Assembly (NCBI GenBank): GCA_963765765.1
Contig: CAVXYC010000032.1
Location: 160,001 to 224,000 of the forward strand
Origin: an uncultured Chloroflexia bacterium
GTDB taxonomy: Bacteria; Chloroflexota; UBA6077; JACCZL01
Length of the DNA stretch: 64,000 bases
Direction: 5' to 3'
Shown here: positions 45,548-54,330 of the stretch, piece by piece
Position numbering within the stretch: position 1 is the stretch's first letter
Layout of the letters: the number at the start of each line of letters is the position of its first letter
Notes under the pieces: generated by a model
Database searches by the model: none
What the model saw: the letters and a program-made list of their open reading frames with translations, nothing else
What the model was told of the DNA's origin: nothing
Program-made: the position numbers and the translations under genes

Positions 45548-46329
45548 GGGCCAATTCCACGTTGCCCTGCGCAGCGGTGATCGGCGTCCGAAGCTCGTGC
45601 GCTATGACGGTTAGCAGCTCATCCTTCTGCCGACCCAGGCGTTCCGCATCTCGGGTGTTCTGGCGCTCGCGGTTCAGCTCCTGCTCAGTATCGTGCCGGC
45701 TTTCGCGGACGCGCATCTCGAGGTGCTCCTTGACGTGCAGGCCGTAAGCGATCATCACTTCAAGCAGGAATTCCTGGGCGTCCGCTTCAAAACGCGCCCG
45801 CCGTCGAGCGGAATGTCCTGTGAGTACGCGGTCGAGACTCTCGAAGTGAAGAGACATGATGTCGTCAGGACCGCGCCCGTCCTCAATGAGGTGCTGGCTC
45901 AGCAGCGATACGCGGTGAAGTGCCTCTTCGCTATGCAACGTCAAGTAGTTGCATAGGATTTCCTCATAGACGTCCGTTGCCAGGCCCGAGACCTGGGACG
46001 GACGATCCTGTGGTTTAAGTTCCACTCCGTTACACCATTGCAGATTCATCCCAGTGAAGCCGCCCGACGCACTGGGTACTAGGTACGAGAACTCTAGCGA
46101 ACCCACGTAGGTCGAATATGAACAGAAATGCACATTCCAATAGCGGGATAGAAGTCATGTGCTGAAAATAATGGGAAACCCACACGGTCCAGAGCCGAAA
46201 TAGCGTGCACTGTTCATGGCGATTGAACGTTATGTGCCTTGCTATTGACGTGTGTATATGATGAAGGTGCGTAGCGGGATGCGGTTGCGCACAACGGCCC
46301 GGCTACCTGGGTGATCACATATCTAGTTA

Positions 46330-46722
46330 TTGACCATGACAGCTCTTCCGCGCGTGCTTGTGGTTGAAGACGATCCCGAGGTTCAGGAGTTAGTGGGTCA
46401 ACTCCTCAGCGATTCCGGTGATGACGTGCGGATATGCGGGGTCGGTACCGAGGCATGGCCCCTGTTGCGTGAGCTTCGGCCTGACGTTGTCATTCTGGAC
46501 CTGATGCTTCCCGGCATGGGCGGTCTCGAGCTGCTCGTACGCTTGCGCGCTGATCGGCTACTTGCGAAGACGCCAGTGTTGGTCTGGTCCGGTGCGCACG
46601 ACGATCTCGTACTGCTCCGCGATCGACTCCACCGACTGGGTTGTGCGACGCTCGAGAAACCCTTCGAGGTGGAATCGCTCGAGCGCGCACTACGTCTGCT
46701 GGTTTCAAGAGACAACCGCTGA
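46330..46722 (+). CDS. single-domain response regulator (receiver)
   Basis: VLVVEDD, DVVILDLMLPGMGG and LEKPF; divergent from the RsbU_N kinase. Confidence 0.9.
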   Translation: MTMTALPRVLVVEDDPEVQELVGQLLSDSGDDVRICGVGTEAWPLLRELRPDVVILDLMLPGMGGLELLVRLRADRLLAKTPVLVWSGAHDDLVLLRDRLHRLGCATLEKPFEVESLERALRLLVSRDNR

Positions 46723-46870
46723 AACGTACAAAACGGAGAGGTCAAAGATGATCACGAAATGACATCTGCCCTCTCCGCTTTGCAAGACCCGGTGGCCCAT
46801 CGGGCCGCAGGATTTACGTCCCTAGGATTTGGACTTGGTTGACTGGCCGCTCCTGCCTTTCGACATCGAG

Positions 46871-47557
46871 CTAAAGACCGGCCTCCTTCTGCGTCATCTT
46901 CAACATCCAACCACGGACGTTCTCCAGGTGCTCCTGCTCGTTCTTGAGCGCGCCTTCGAACTTACTGGCCACCTCATCATGACCGAGCCCTCTGGCCAGT
47001 TGAATCAGCATTTCCCAGCCATCGTTGTCCGTCAGCTCCGCCGTTAGAAGAGCGTGGAGGCATTGTGGGACCGTTGTGCGCGGATCGGCCACGATCTGAA
47101 CGAGGCCGATTGACGCCACGCCGGTGAGGTCGGCGCACGGCGTCTCGAGCGTGGGATCTCCGCCAAGCTGTGCAATCGTCGCGCTCACGAGCTGAAAGTG
47201 CTGATACTCCTCCTGCATGATGTGCTCGATGTCCTGGATCGACGGCCCGCCGCTGGACTTGCCGTTTGCCTGCATCTTGCCCAGCATGAGCTGGTAAAGG
47301 CGCGTGCCGCTCCGCTCGAAGGCGAGCCGCTCTCCGAGCTTGTCCATAAAGATGTCCGGCGCCATCTTGCCAAGGGTCGGCGGTCGCGAACCGATCGGCT
47401 CGCGGGCCTTCAAGTACGGCATTCGCGCCGAGTCGAGATCATGCGCGGTGCCCTTTGAGCTGGGCACCGCCGAAGCCGCCGCCGAAACGGCCGCCTCGGC
47501 CTGTTCCGGAGCCGTGGCGACTCCAGTTCGATTCATGACTGCTGCGGTTGATTTCAC
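46871..47557 (-). CDS. ferritin-like domain protein
   Basis: ERLAFERSGTRLY, EEYQH, AELTDNDGW and EQEH di-metal-type motifs. Confidence 0.85.
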   Translation of the reverse strand: MKSTAAVMNRTGVATAPEQAEAAVSAAASAVPSSKGTAHDLDSARMPYLKAREPIGSRPPTLGKMAPDIFMDKLGERLAFERSGTRLYQLMLGKMQANGKSSGGPSIQDIEHIMQEEYQHFQLVSATIAQLGGDPTLETPCADLTGVASIGLVQIVADPRTTVPQCLHALLTAELTDNDGWEMLIQLARGLGHDEVASKFEGALKNEQEHLENVRGWMLKMTQKEAGL

Positions 47558-48754
47558 CGTGTCCCTCCTCGTGTGCTGGTCGTGAGAATGGCTTCGCCGT
47601 TAAGCTCCGTTCCGGGCATCCACACGTAGCCCGCGGCCACCGTCTCGCTAGGCGAGACCTCGGAATTGAGCTGCTCGCGGTATTTCACTGATGGCCAATC
47701 CGGCTTCTCCTCGCTGGCTGGGATGAATTGCGTCCCTCGAGCACGAAGCTCAACCTCGTTCGCCAGTGTTTCCCGAACGAACGCCCGATGACTCGTGTAC
47801 TCGATAGGCGTTGGCAGTGTGGCTGGTAGGACTTCCGCCGGATCACGGCGGCCGACATCCTTGAACTGCTGCATGGCTATCTGGAGATGTCCCAGCTCGT
47901 AGTCGAGGAAACGCTCCCAGATTGCCTTCACGCGAGGGTTGGACTCAGATTCGAGACAGCTCCAGTAGTTGTAGACCTCGTTGGCTTCGTGCAGGAGCCA
48001 CTTCTCCAGCCAGCTCTCGGTTGGGTCGGCAAGACTCTCATACTGGGTGACGTGCTGCTCCTCGATGGATGCGATCTCCGCGTAGAGCTGGCGCGCCACT
48101 GGATCAGCGAAGAACGGTCCCACGGTCATGTAGTAGTCGTGGGTCTGATACTCGCCGCCGATCAGTGTCATCGTATTGAGCTTGCTGATCGGGTCCGCCG
48201 TGGTCCGATCGTAGTGCTCCCGCAAGTCGTCCTCAGGGGCACGATGCTCGACAGACGGTCGGACGCCCGGGAAGAATGTCAGTGTAGCTCTGAAGGATGT
48301 TGTTCGGGTCCTTCCCGGTCAATCGATCCATCAACGCGGAATATCGATACAGGTGATCGAAGTCTTCGAGCAGGCCAAATCGGAACGTCTGAGCCAGATA
48401 CGGATCCGGCTCGTGGAGCGCGATGCTGGCTGTTACCTCGATGGCCACCTGCTCAAAACCGATGGTGGTCTCCAGCGGCGACTGATCGGCGGGCAACAGC
48501 CAGTTGACCGTCGTCTGCTGGTGCTGCTCGGCCCGCCGCACCTCCGCCAGAGTCCTCTGGAGATCTTTGTTCATCCGTGAAGCCGCGTGTGAAAACCGCA
48601 GCGCTTCGGACTCGATGCCATTCATCAGAATGATTCGCACGCGGGTGAATGCATCGTCGTCCAGTTTGCTAATTGTCGGCTGAACCATGTCGCGCCACGT
48701 AAATCGCTGCTGTTCCAGCGGAGTGCCTTTGGTCTTCATCAAGTCCAGCGTCAC
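47554..48754 (-). CDS. ~400-aa tandem ferritin-like protein; frameshift near 48250
   Basis: AGGAGG RBS with GTG 48754; EQHQ, EDFDH, EEQH and ELGH motifs; stop overlaps the next gene's start. Confidence 0.8.
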
Positions 48755-48790
48755 GAGCAACCTCCTAAATGCGTAATGTCGCCCGTGGAA

Positions 48791-48821
48791 TGCAGGATCG
48801 AGACCAGCGCTTCCTGTGCCG
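48791..48821 (-). promoter_or_regulatory. two adjacent candidate sigma54 -24/-12 motifs
   Basis: Minus strand CGGCACAGGAAGCGCT followed by TGGTCTCGATCCTGCA, upstream of the ferritin-like operon. Confidence 0.38.
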
Positions 48822-49073
48822 CATGACCCCCGCAGCCTCTGGAGGGCTGCATTTCAGAGCAAGCGCGGTCCCGGCGAAACTTGGCCACGGGATCGGGTCG
48901 ATGTTTATAGGAGCGCCTTCGCCTGGACCGAATTGTGCGCATGCTGGCCGCGCCGCCTCAGCAATGACGGCGGGGCAACGGGAAAGGAGTGCAGCTTTGT
49001 TGGGTTTAGGTTGTGGCGGAGCACTACTTCTAACCATCGTCATCGCGCTGCTGGTCTATGCCATCTCGGGCGG

Positions 49074-49520
49074 TCAATGTACGATGATCGTCTTCCCGTA
49101 ATCTCGAAGCGCTCGGTCTCCGAGTTTCTGAATGCGGGCGCGCTCATCCCCATGTCGAGCGATGAGTCGGGCGGGATCACTCCGCACCCAGATGCGCTCC
49201 ACTCCACGCCATTCCACAGTGAGGGCATGCACACTGGCCAGGTCGCCTATTTCTCTGGCTCGTCGGCATTGATGCACAGCCCGGTCAACCCGTACAGCAA
49301 ACCCGTGAGGAAGCCCCCAGGTTTGCGAACATCGGCCCGGCCTGCACCTGTTCCGGAAATTTGTCGAGCCGGTATTCATTCGTCATGGCGAACGGCTCGA
49401 ACTGGAACTTGGCGAAACCTTCCTCGAACAATCTGCTCGACTCATCGCGGTCTCCAAGCCATGCGGCCCAGACGCCTAGGAGCGACGACAACATCGGCGC
49501 ACCAACGAGCTGGAGCCTGA
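49074..49520 (-). pseudogene. C-terminal fragment of a GH65-like glycoside hydrolase/phosphorylase
   Basis: GAPMLSSLLGVWAAWLGDR...AGPMFANLGGFLTGLLYGLTG...ERIWVR; no N-terminus; in-frame TAG and frameshifts. Confidence 0.55.
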
Positions 49521-49574
49521 CCCGCCGAAGCACCGCGCCCGAGGAGCCCGTCCGCCGCCGGTCTCGCGGGCCCT

Positions 49575-49960
49575 GTGGCCGGAGGCGCTCGGGCACCTGG
49601 GATTCTAGACGAGCTCTGCGAGGTTACCGGCCGCTTCGTCGCCTATCCGTCTGCCGAGGCCCACATTGCACATGTCCTGTGGATTATCCACACCCACGGC
49701 ATGGACGCGTGGCAGTCGACCCCGCGGCTGGCAATCCTCCCGCCGAGCCCGGGTCCGGCAAGCCGCGCCCGCTTGAAGTCACCGAGCTGCTCGTTCCCGA
49801 TCCCGTCCAGGCTATCAACGTGACGCCCGCCTACCTGTTCCGGAAGGTCGGCGACGACCCCGATCACCTTCCAACGATCCTGTACGACGAGATCGATACC
49901 GTGTTCGGGCCGAAGGCGAAAGAGAACGAGGAGATCCGCGGTTTACTCAACGCCGGGTGG
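49575..49960 (+). pseudogene. fragment of a DUF3631-type phage/integrative-element replication protein
   Basis: VLWIIHTH..DAW.STPRL...GSGK...TPAYLFR...PTILYDEIDTVFG...EEIRGLLNAG; truncated at both ends. Confidence 0.68.
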
Positions 49961-50206
49961 AGGGCTGATCGTCGGTGCTCGGCCCGATGGTCGTCTCGTT
50001 ATGGGTGCTTTTCCCGCGATGAACACACACGGGTGCGGATGTGCTATACTGACCTGAGTAGCCCAGCGGACCCGCTTAACCACAACAGGCCCGCTGACTA
50101 TGGAGACCCTGGCCGTTGGACCTGTTCACAAGACAGGCCGCAAAGACCAGGGTTTTGTTATGTCCTGCGTCGGGTCCGACCCCGGAGTCAGCGTATCGGA
50201 TGCGTC

Positions 50207-51715
50207 GGGTGTAACCAAGAGTTGTGGGTTTGGGGGCCTAGGCGGCCCGGGCATGGAGCGTGGCGTGGTGGGCCCGGAGCACGGCCAGCGATTGGCCTCC
50301 GGCGCTGGACCAGCGACAGCCGGCCGTTTCATCCGCTGCTGGACGAGGTGTTTGGCGGCCGATTCCACCGCGCCCGACCCGATGGGCAGCCCCTGAGCTC
50401 GAAACTCCGGAGACCGCATCCGCTGGCGATTGCTCTGGAAGTACCCGCGCTCCGTGGCCACCACCCGGCGGCGCCTCGGCCGTCGGCGGCACGAGCTCCC
50501 GCAGGCGCGCCAGCACCGCTGCAGCCCCGGCGCTCGACAGCCCGGCGAGGCTCACCGCGACCCAGTCCGCGGCCGCGGCGGTGCCCGCGCCGAAGACCGC
50601 CCGGGCCACGGTCCAGACATGCTCGCTGGCGTGGTACCAATCGACAATCTCCAGACGCTCGCCGAACTGCTCCGCAGCCGCCGTCCAGATCCAGCGCGCG
50701 CCGTCGCCTAGCACGACAACCGCCCGCAACCTCGCCAGCCCGGGCCCGGTGACCGGGCCATCGACGCCGAGGATGTCCAGGCCGCCCCGCCGCGCCACTT
50801 CGGCGCCCCAGCGCCCGGCGAACGGCCCCACCGGCTCGCGGGCCGCCACGTAACTCGGGGCCTCCAAGCGCTGCCGTTCCGGGGGCGCAGCCGGATCCCA
50901 GCCGCCGACCACGCCGAGTTTGACTTCGTGCCAGCCATCGTTGAAGCGCACCAGCACGCCATCGGTTTCAGCGACCAGCTGGTGCGGGGCGGCGTCCACC
51001 GGCCCGGCCGGGGCCCGCGTCCGTTCGACGGTGGCGCGGTCGGCCTGCTGAGCCTGATCGAGCGCGGCCCCGGCGGCCTCGGTCTGGGTGCGCACCGTCT
51101 CGGGACTCACGGCCAGGCCGGTCAGGTCCTCGAGCAGGTCGGCGGCCTCGGCAAACGCCGTGGCGCCCCCCAGCCGGACCAGCCAGGCGCGCAGCGGGCC
51201 GCTCAGGCGCTGGTGCGGCGCGAGGCCCAGCGTGCGGTCGGTCGGGCTCCAGCCGTGGCGGCAGGTCGGGCAGTGCGCCCACGGGCGCGACCAGCGGACC
51301 GGGCCGCAGACCGTGACCACCTGGCGGGAACGCCAGCTGTGCGTGGGCGCGGTCGTGCCGCACTCCGGACAGCGGGACCGGTCGCGCTGGAGCCCGGGAT
51401 CCAGACTGCGCTGGGTAGCCGCGATCATCCCGGCGACCAGCGTCGGGGCCACGGTGCGCAGCTCGGTCTGGACCTGGCGCTCGAGATCCGTCAGAGAGGC
51501 ATCGCGGTGGGCGCGCGCCCAAGCCGCCAAGCGGTGGGCACAGGCGGCGAGCGGTGCGACAATCGTCTCGGGAAGGTTCTCCGCGTCCATGCGACCTTCC
51601 TCGCGGCCGGGGCGTCTCACTGCCCCGGCCGCCTCGGCATGAGAATCCGCGTTCGCAGCGTAACCCATCCGCTCCGGTCTCACCACCCGCTCTTCAACAA
51701 CTTTTGGTTACACCC
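50207..51715 (-). mobile_element. complete ISKra4-family insertion sequence
   Basis: 19-bp TIRs GGGTGTAACCAAGAGTTGT / ACAACTTTTGGTTACACCC (one mismatch); flanking 8-mers GATGCGTC / GATGCGCC. Confidence 0.85.
50238..51590 (-). CDS. ISKra4-family (UPF0236-like) transposase; frameshifted near the C-terminus
   Basis: CPEC, ETDGV...WHEVKLG, GDGARWIW, VDWYHASEH and GLPIGSGAVESAAKHLVQQRMKR. Confidence 0.88.
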   Translation of the reverse strand: MDAENLPETIVAPLAACAHRLAAWARAHRDASLTDLERQVQTELRTVAPTLVAGMIAATQRSLDPGLQRDRSRCPECGTTAPTHSWRSRQVVTVCGPVRWSRPWAHCPTCRHGWSPTDRTLGLAPHQRLSGPLRAWLVRLGGATAFAEAADLLEDLTGLAVSPETVRTQTEAAGAALDQAQQADRATVERTRAPAGPVDAAPHQLVAETDGVLVRFNDGWHEVKLGVVGGWDPAAPPERQRLEAPSYVAAREPVGPFAGRWGAEVARRGGLDILGVDGPVTGPGLARLRAVVVLGDGARWIWTAAAEQFGERLEIVDWYHASEHVWTVARAVFGAGTAAAADWVAVSLAGLSSAGAAAVLARLRELVPPTAEAPPGGGHGARVLPEQSPADAVSGVSSSGAAHRVGRGGIGRQTPRPAADETAGCRWSSAGGQSLAVLRAHHATLHARAA

Positions 51716-51875
51716 GATGCGCCCGATCTAGTTGACAGAAGACCGGGGTGTGTGCCACGATCCAGGTGGACCGGCCGCCACCTCGGTCCGTCCACACGGC
51801 TCCCGACTCACGTCTCCGTCGTCGGGGGGCTATCGTCTGCCCCGAATGCTATCACTGGTACCGGGAGCGCACACC

Positions 51876-52109
51876 ATGAGCATCGCCGACGACGTTGAAG
51901 CGATCATCGCGAGGTACACGGACATCGAGGTCGATCCCGGCGGCGCCAATGCCGCGATCGTCCGCTACTTGGGTACAGATGAGAGACTGGCCAGTGAGCG
52001 GCTGCTCGAGTGTGTCACTCCCCTCGAGGCTGCCGGGTTCACCGTGGGGCAGGTCGGCTTCGGTGACCCTCCAGACAATCCGCATCTCCGTGTGACCCGG
52101 CCGAGCTGA
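51876..52109 (+). CDS. small hypothetical protein
   Basis: GGAG RBS; 77-aa ORF MSIADDVEAII...; TTGACA-N18-CACGAT upstream at 51732. Confidence 0.5.
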   Translation: MSIADDVEAIIARYTDIEVDPGGANAAIVRYLGTDERLASERLLECVTPLEAAGFTVGQVGFGDPPDNPHLRVTRPS

Positions 52110-52167
52110 GCACAGGGGTTCTGACACCACCCCCACCCGTGCCGGGGCATTCTCGCGCTGCTACGCG

Positions 52168-52399
52168 CTAGCGAATCGGCTCCATCTCATCAGCGGTCAG
52201 CTTGAGATCATCCTCCATCTGAATCTGTTGACCGGGGGCTTGCGTCCCTGACTCCAGACAGTCGCAGAGCACCGAGTAACGCTGGACCACGCCACCGCCG
52301 AAGTCGCTGACACAGGTGCCGGTGTGGCCGAAGTGCTCTCCCGGCTGGGTCACACGCACATGAACAGGGAGTTCGCTAAGCCAATCAGGACCTGGGCAT
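52168..52399 (-). CDS. small hypothetical protein with a CDC motif (probable frameshift near the start)
   Basis: GGAGG RBS; reconstructed MPGPDWLSELPVHVRVTQPGEHFGHTGTC...VLCDC. Confidence 0.4.
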
Positions 52400-52415
52400 C
52401 ACTCTATTCCTCCAC

Positions 52416-52708
52416 CTAGTTCCAGAATCGCCACCAGGGCCGCCCTGACGGCTGCATAGGGCGTGCTGGTGGCTCCTGCGGGGTGTCCCCATCCTGCTCT
52501 GTGCGTGCGGGGAGCATACGGGATGCAATGAGCTGGTGGAGCTCGGCAACTTCACGGGTCCGTGCCTGGAGCTGGCGCTCCAGGACCTCGACCACATGAG
52601 CCAACCGCTCGACCTCACCAGGGACGTGTGAGTCAGCAGTCCCCGGAAACCGTTGCATCGTCCGCAACGGTTTCCGGGCAGGGCTGGAGGCTGGGTCAGG
52701 GTCGTCAT
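52416..52708 (-). pseudogene. coiled-coil protein remnant ending PWWRFW (plasmid/ICE-type)
   Basis: EVERLAHVVEVLERQLQARTREVAELHQLI...LP...RPWWRFWN; no N-terminal HTH visible. Confidence 0.45.
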
Positions 52709-52826
52709 CGGGGTGTCTCTCTCAGGTCGTAGGACACCACCCACCCCGCCCCGCCGAGGCCATCTCTCGTGCCGCTGTGAGGGCGGTTCTTCACATCTGT
52801 TCTGCGCCTGAGACGGGTCTGCGGTG

Positions 52827-52860
52827 ATTCTCCCGTGTTCACCATTGAACACGGGAGAAT
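52827..52860. repeat. perfect 15-bp hairpin
   Basis: ATTCTCCCGTGTTCA-CCAT-TGAACACGGGAGAAT. Confidence 0.7.
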
Positions 52861-52963
52861 GCCTCATCACCGTCCACCTGCGAACACTGCGCCGTGGATG
52901 CAGCTCGGGCGGTGAATGATGGTCAGCCAAGAGCGCCACGCTCGTGACTAAGCAACCGTGGCG

Positions 52964-53001
52964 GCTAAGAGTGGTACCCCGTACGGGGGTACCACTTTAG
53001 C
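52964..53001. repeat. near-perfect loopless palindrome
   Basis: GCTAAGAGTGGTACCCCGTACGGGGGTACCACTTTAGC. Confidence 0.7.
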
Positions 53002-53277
53002 AAAGACGCGCATGGAGCATCCCCCGTTCCTATTCCAGGATCGCCCGTCGCCCAGCGCCATCCCTACAGATCTCGGACACCGCCCTGGGCGCCGAGACCG
53101 TTTCTCAGCACGCTATGAGGCGTTCTAGGGGCATACCGTTGCACGTACCGTCCGCCTGTTGGCATCTTCCATCCTGTTAATGTTCACGGACATGCATTAA
53201 TACCTGTATGGTGTACATGCATTCCTCCATAGTGAGAATGCGTTGAGCCCGCGAAGGAAGATTGAGGAATACGTCCG

Positions 53278-53508
53278 TTGGACACCACTCAGCGCGCTGA
53301 CGATGAGCTCGCGAAACGTCTGACTGCCCGCGAGCTCGAGGTGCTCCGTCTCGTGGCGGAAGGGTGCGATAACGAGACGATCGCCGACCGCCTGGGGGTC
53401 GATCGGGTCACGGTTCGAACACACGTCACCGCGGTGCTCACCAAACTCGACGCGCATTCGCGGCTGCAGGCGGTGGCTCGGGCCGTGCGACTGGGAGTGG
53501 TCCACTAA
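53278..53508 (+). CDS. stand-alone LuxR/GerE-type HTH protein
   Basis: LTARELEVLRLVAEGCDNETIADRLGV...TVRTHV...KLDAHSR. Confidence 0.85.
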   Translation: MDTTQRADDELAKRLTARELEVLRLVAEGCDNETIADRLGVDRVTVRTHVTAVLTKLDAHSRLQAVARAVRLGVVH

Positions 53509-53855
53509 CCCACTCGGTCCACTCTCAGCGGATCATCCACGCGGATGTGCCTCTCCGTCGACTGAGAGCGCGCTGGCGAGCGACCGACCGAGAATCCTTG
53601 CATGGTCAGGCGCACTCCCCGACGTGGGAACACTTTACCGCAAATGATGCCTGGCGGCGTCGGGCACCGCCGCGGCCGTTTCTCGCACTGCTGTGACAGG
53701 TGGCACGGTCCGGTGATGTGTTTGGCCCGCCAGTGTCGCTCCCCCGCAGAAGATACTGAGACGAGGTGCCCAGAGAGTGGCAGTCCTCACCTCGGCCGTA
53801 CCGCCCAGCCATGCTGAGGCTGTTTCTCGTGCCAAGGTTCCTGTGGAGGGATCCA

Positions 53856-54273
53856 TGGACCGAGAAGGGCATCGATATGTCGCGCGCAATAATGACTGCC
53901 AGATTTCCATAGAGACGCTCCGCACCGTGAGAACCCGACAAAGACCACGATGTTCCGATGGGAGCCCGGTCTCGCGAGCATCGACATCCGGTTCGGGAGG
54001 TGTTCCATGCAGTGGGCTGACCTGGATGTTCGGGCCAATGCCTTGCGGCGCACGCTGTACCGCGGGGCCCTGAGTGGCCTTCCGCCGAACGCCGACGATC
54101 CGACGCCCACGCTTACCCCGGAGATCCTGGCGTGGATCACACTCGCCGATATTGAACACGTCCGTGAGTGGGAGCGAGAGCATGGGGTGGATCCGACATC
54201 AGACGACCGGCGCCAAGAGCTCGCGACTATGATCGGGAACCTGCTGACGCTCCAGGTGAACCCGTCGAACTGA
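53856..54273 (+). CDS. hypothetical protein carrying the unrecognised domain shared with the 55333 protein (start 53856 with a frameshift, or 54008)
   Basis: GGAGG RBS before both ATG 53856 and ATG 54008; C-terminal 85 aa align by eye with the N-terminus of ORF 55333. Confidence 0.55.
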
Positions 54274-54330
54274 TCAGGTCGATCGTGGAAACGAGCGACT
54301 GCGGCCCTCGGATCTTCGAGCGGCGGTGTC

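Larger units (their letters stand above)
43696..46049 (-). pseudogene. RsbU-N-terminal-domain histidine kinase interrupted by ISAs1
   Basis: N-part (46049-45548): RsbU_N-like segment plus IAHELRTPI. C-part (44310-43696): NLLSNAVRY, DTGIGM, GLGLGL. Removing the IS and one duplication copy rejoins GNVELARRYL. Confidence 0.85.

Noticed and set aside
45426-51593. Both transposase genes share CGCATGGACGCGG around their start codons
   Set aside because: A 13-nt GC-rich match between unrelated IS families with no further similarity; probably coincidence.
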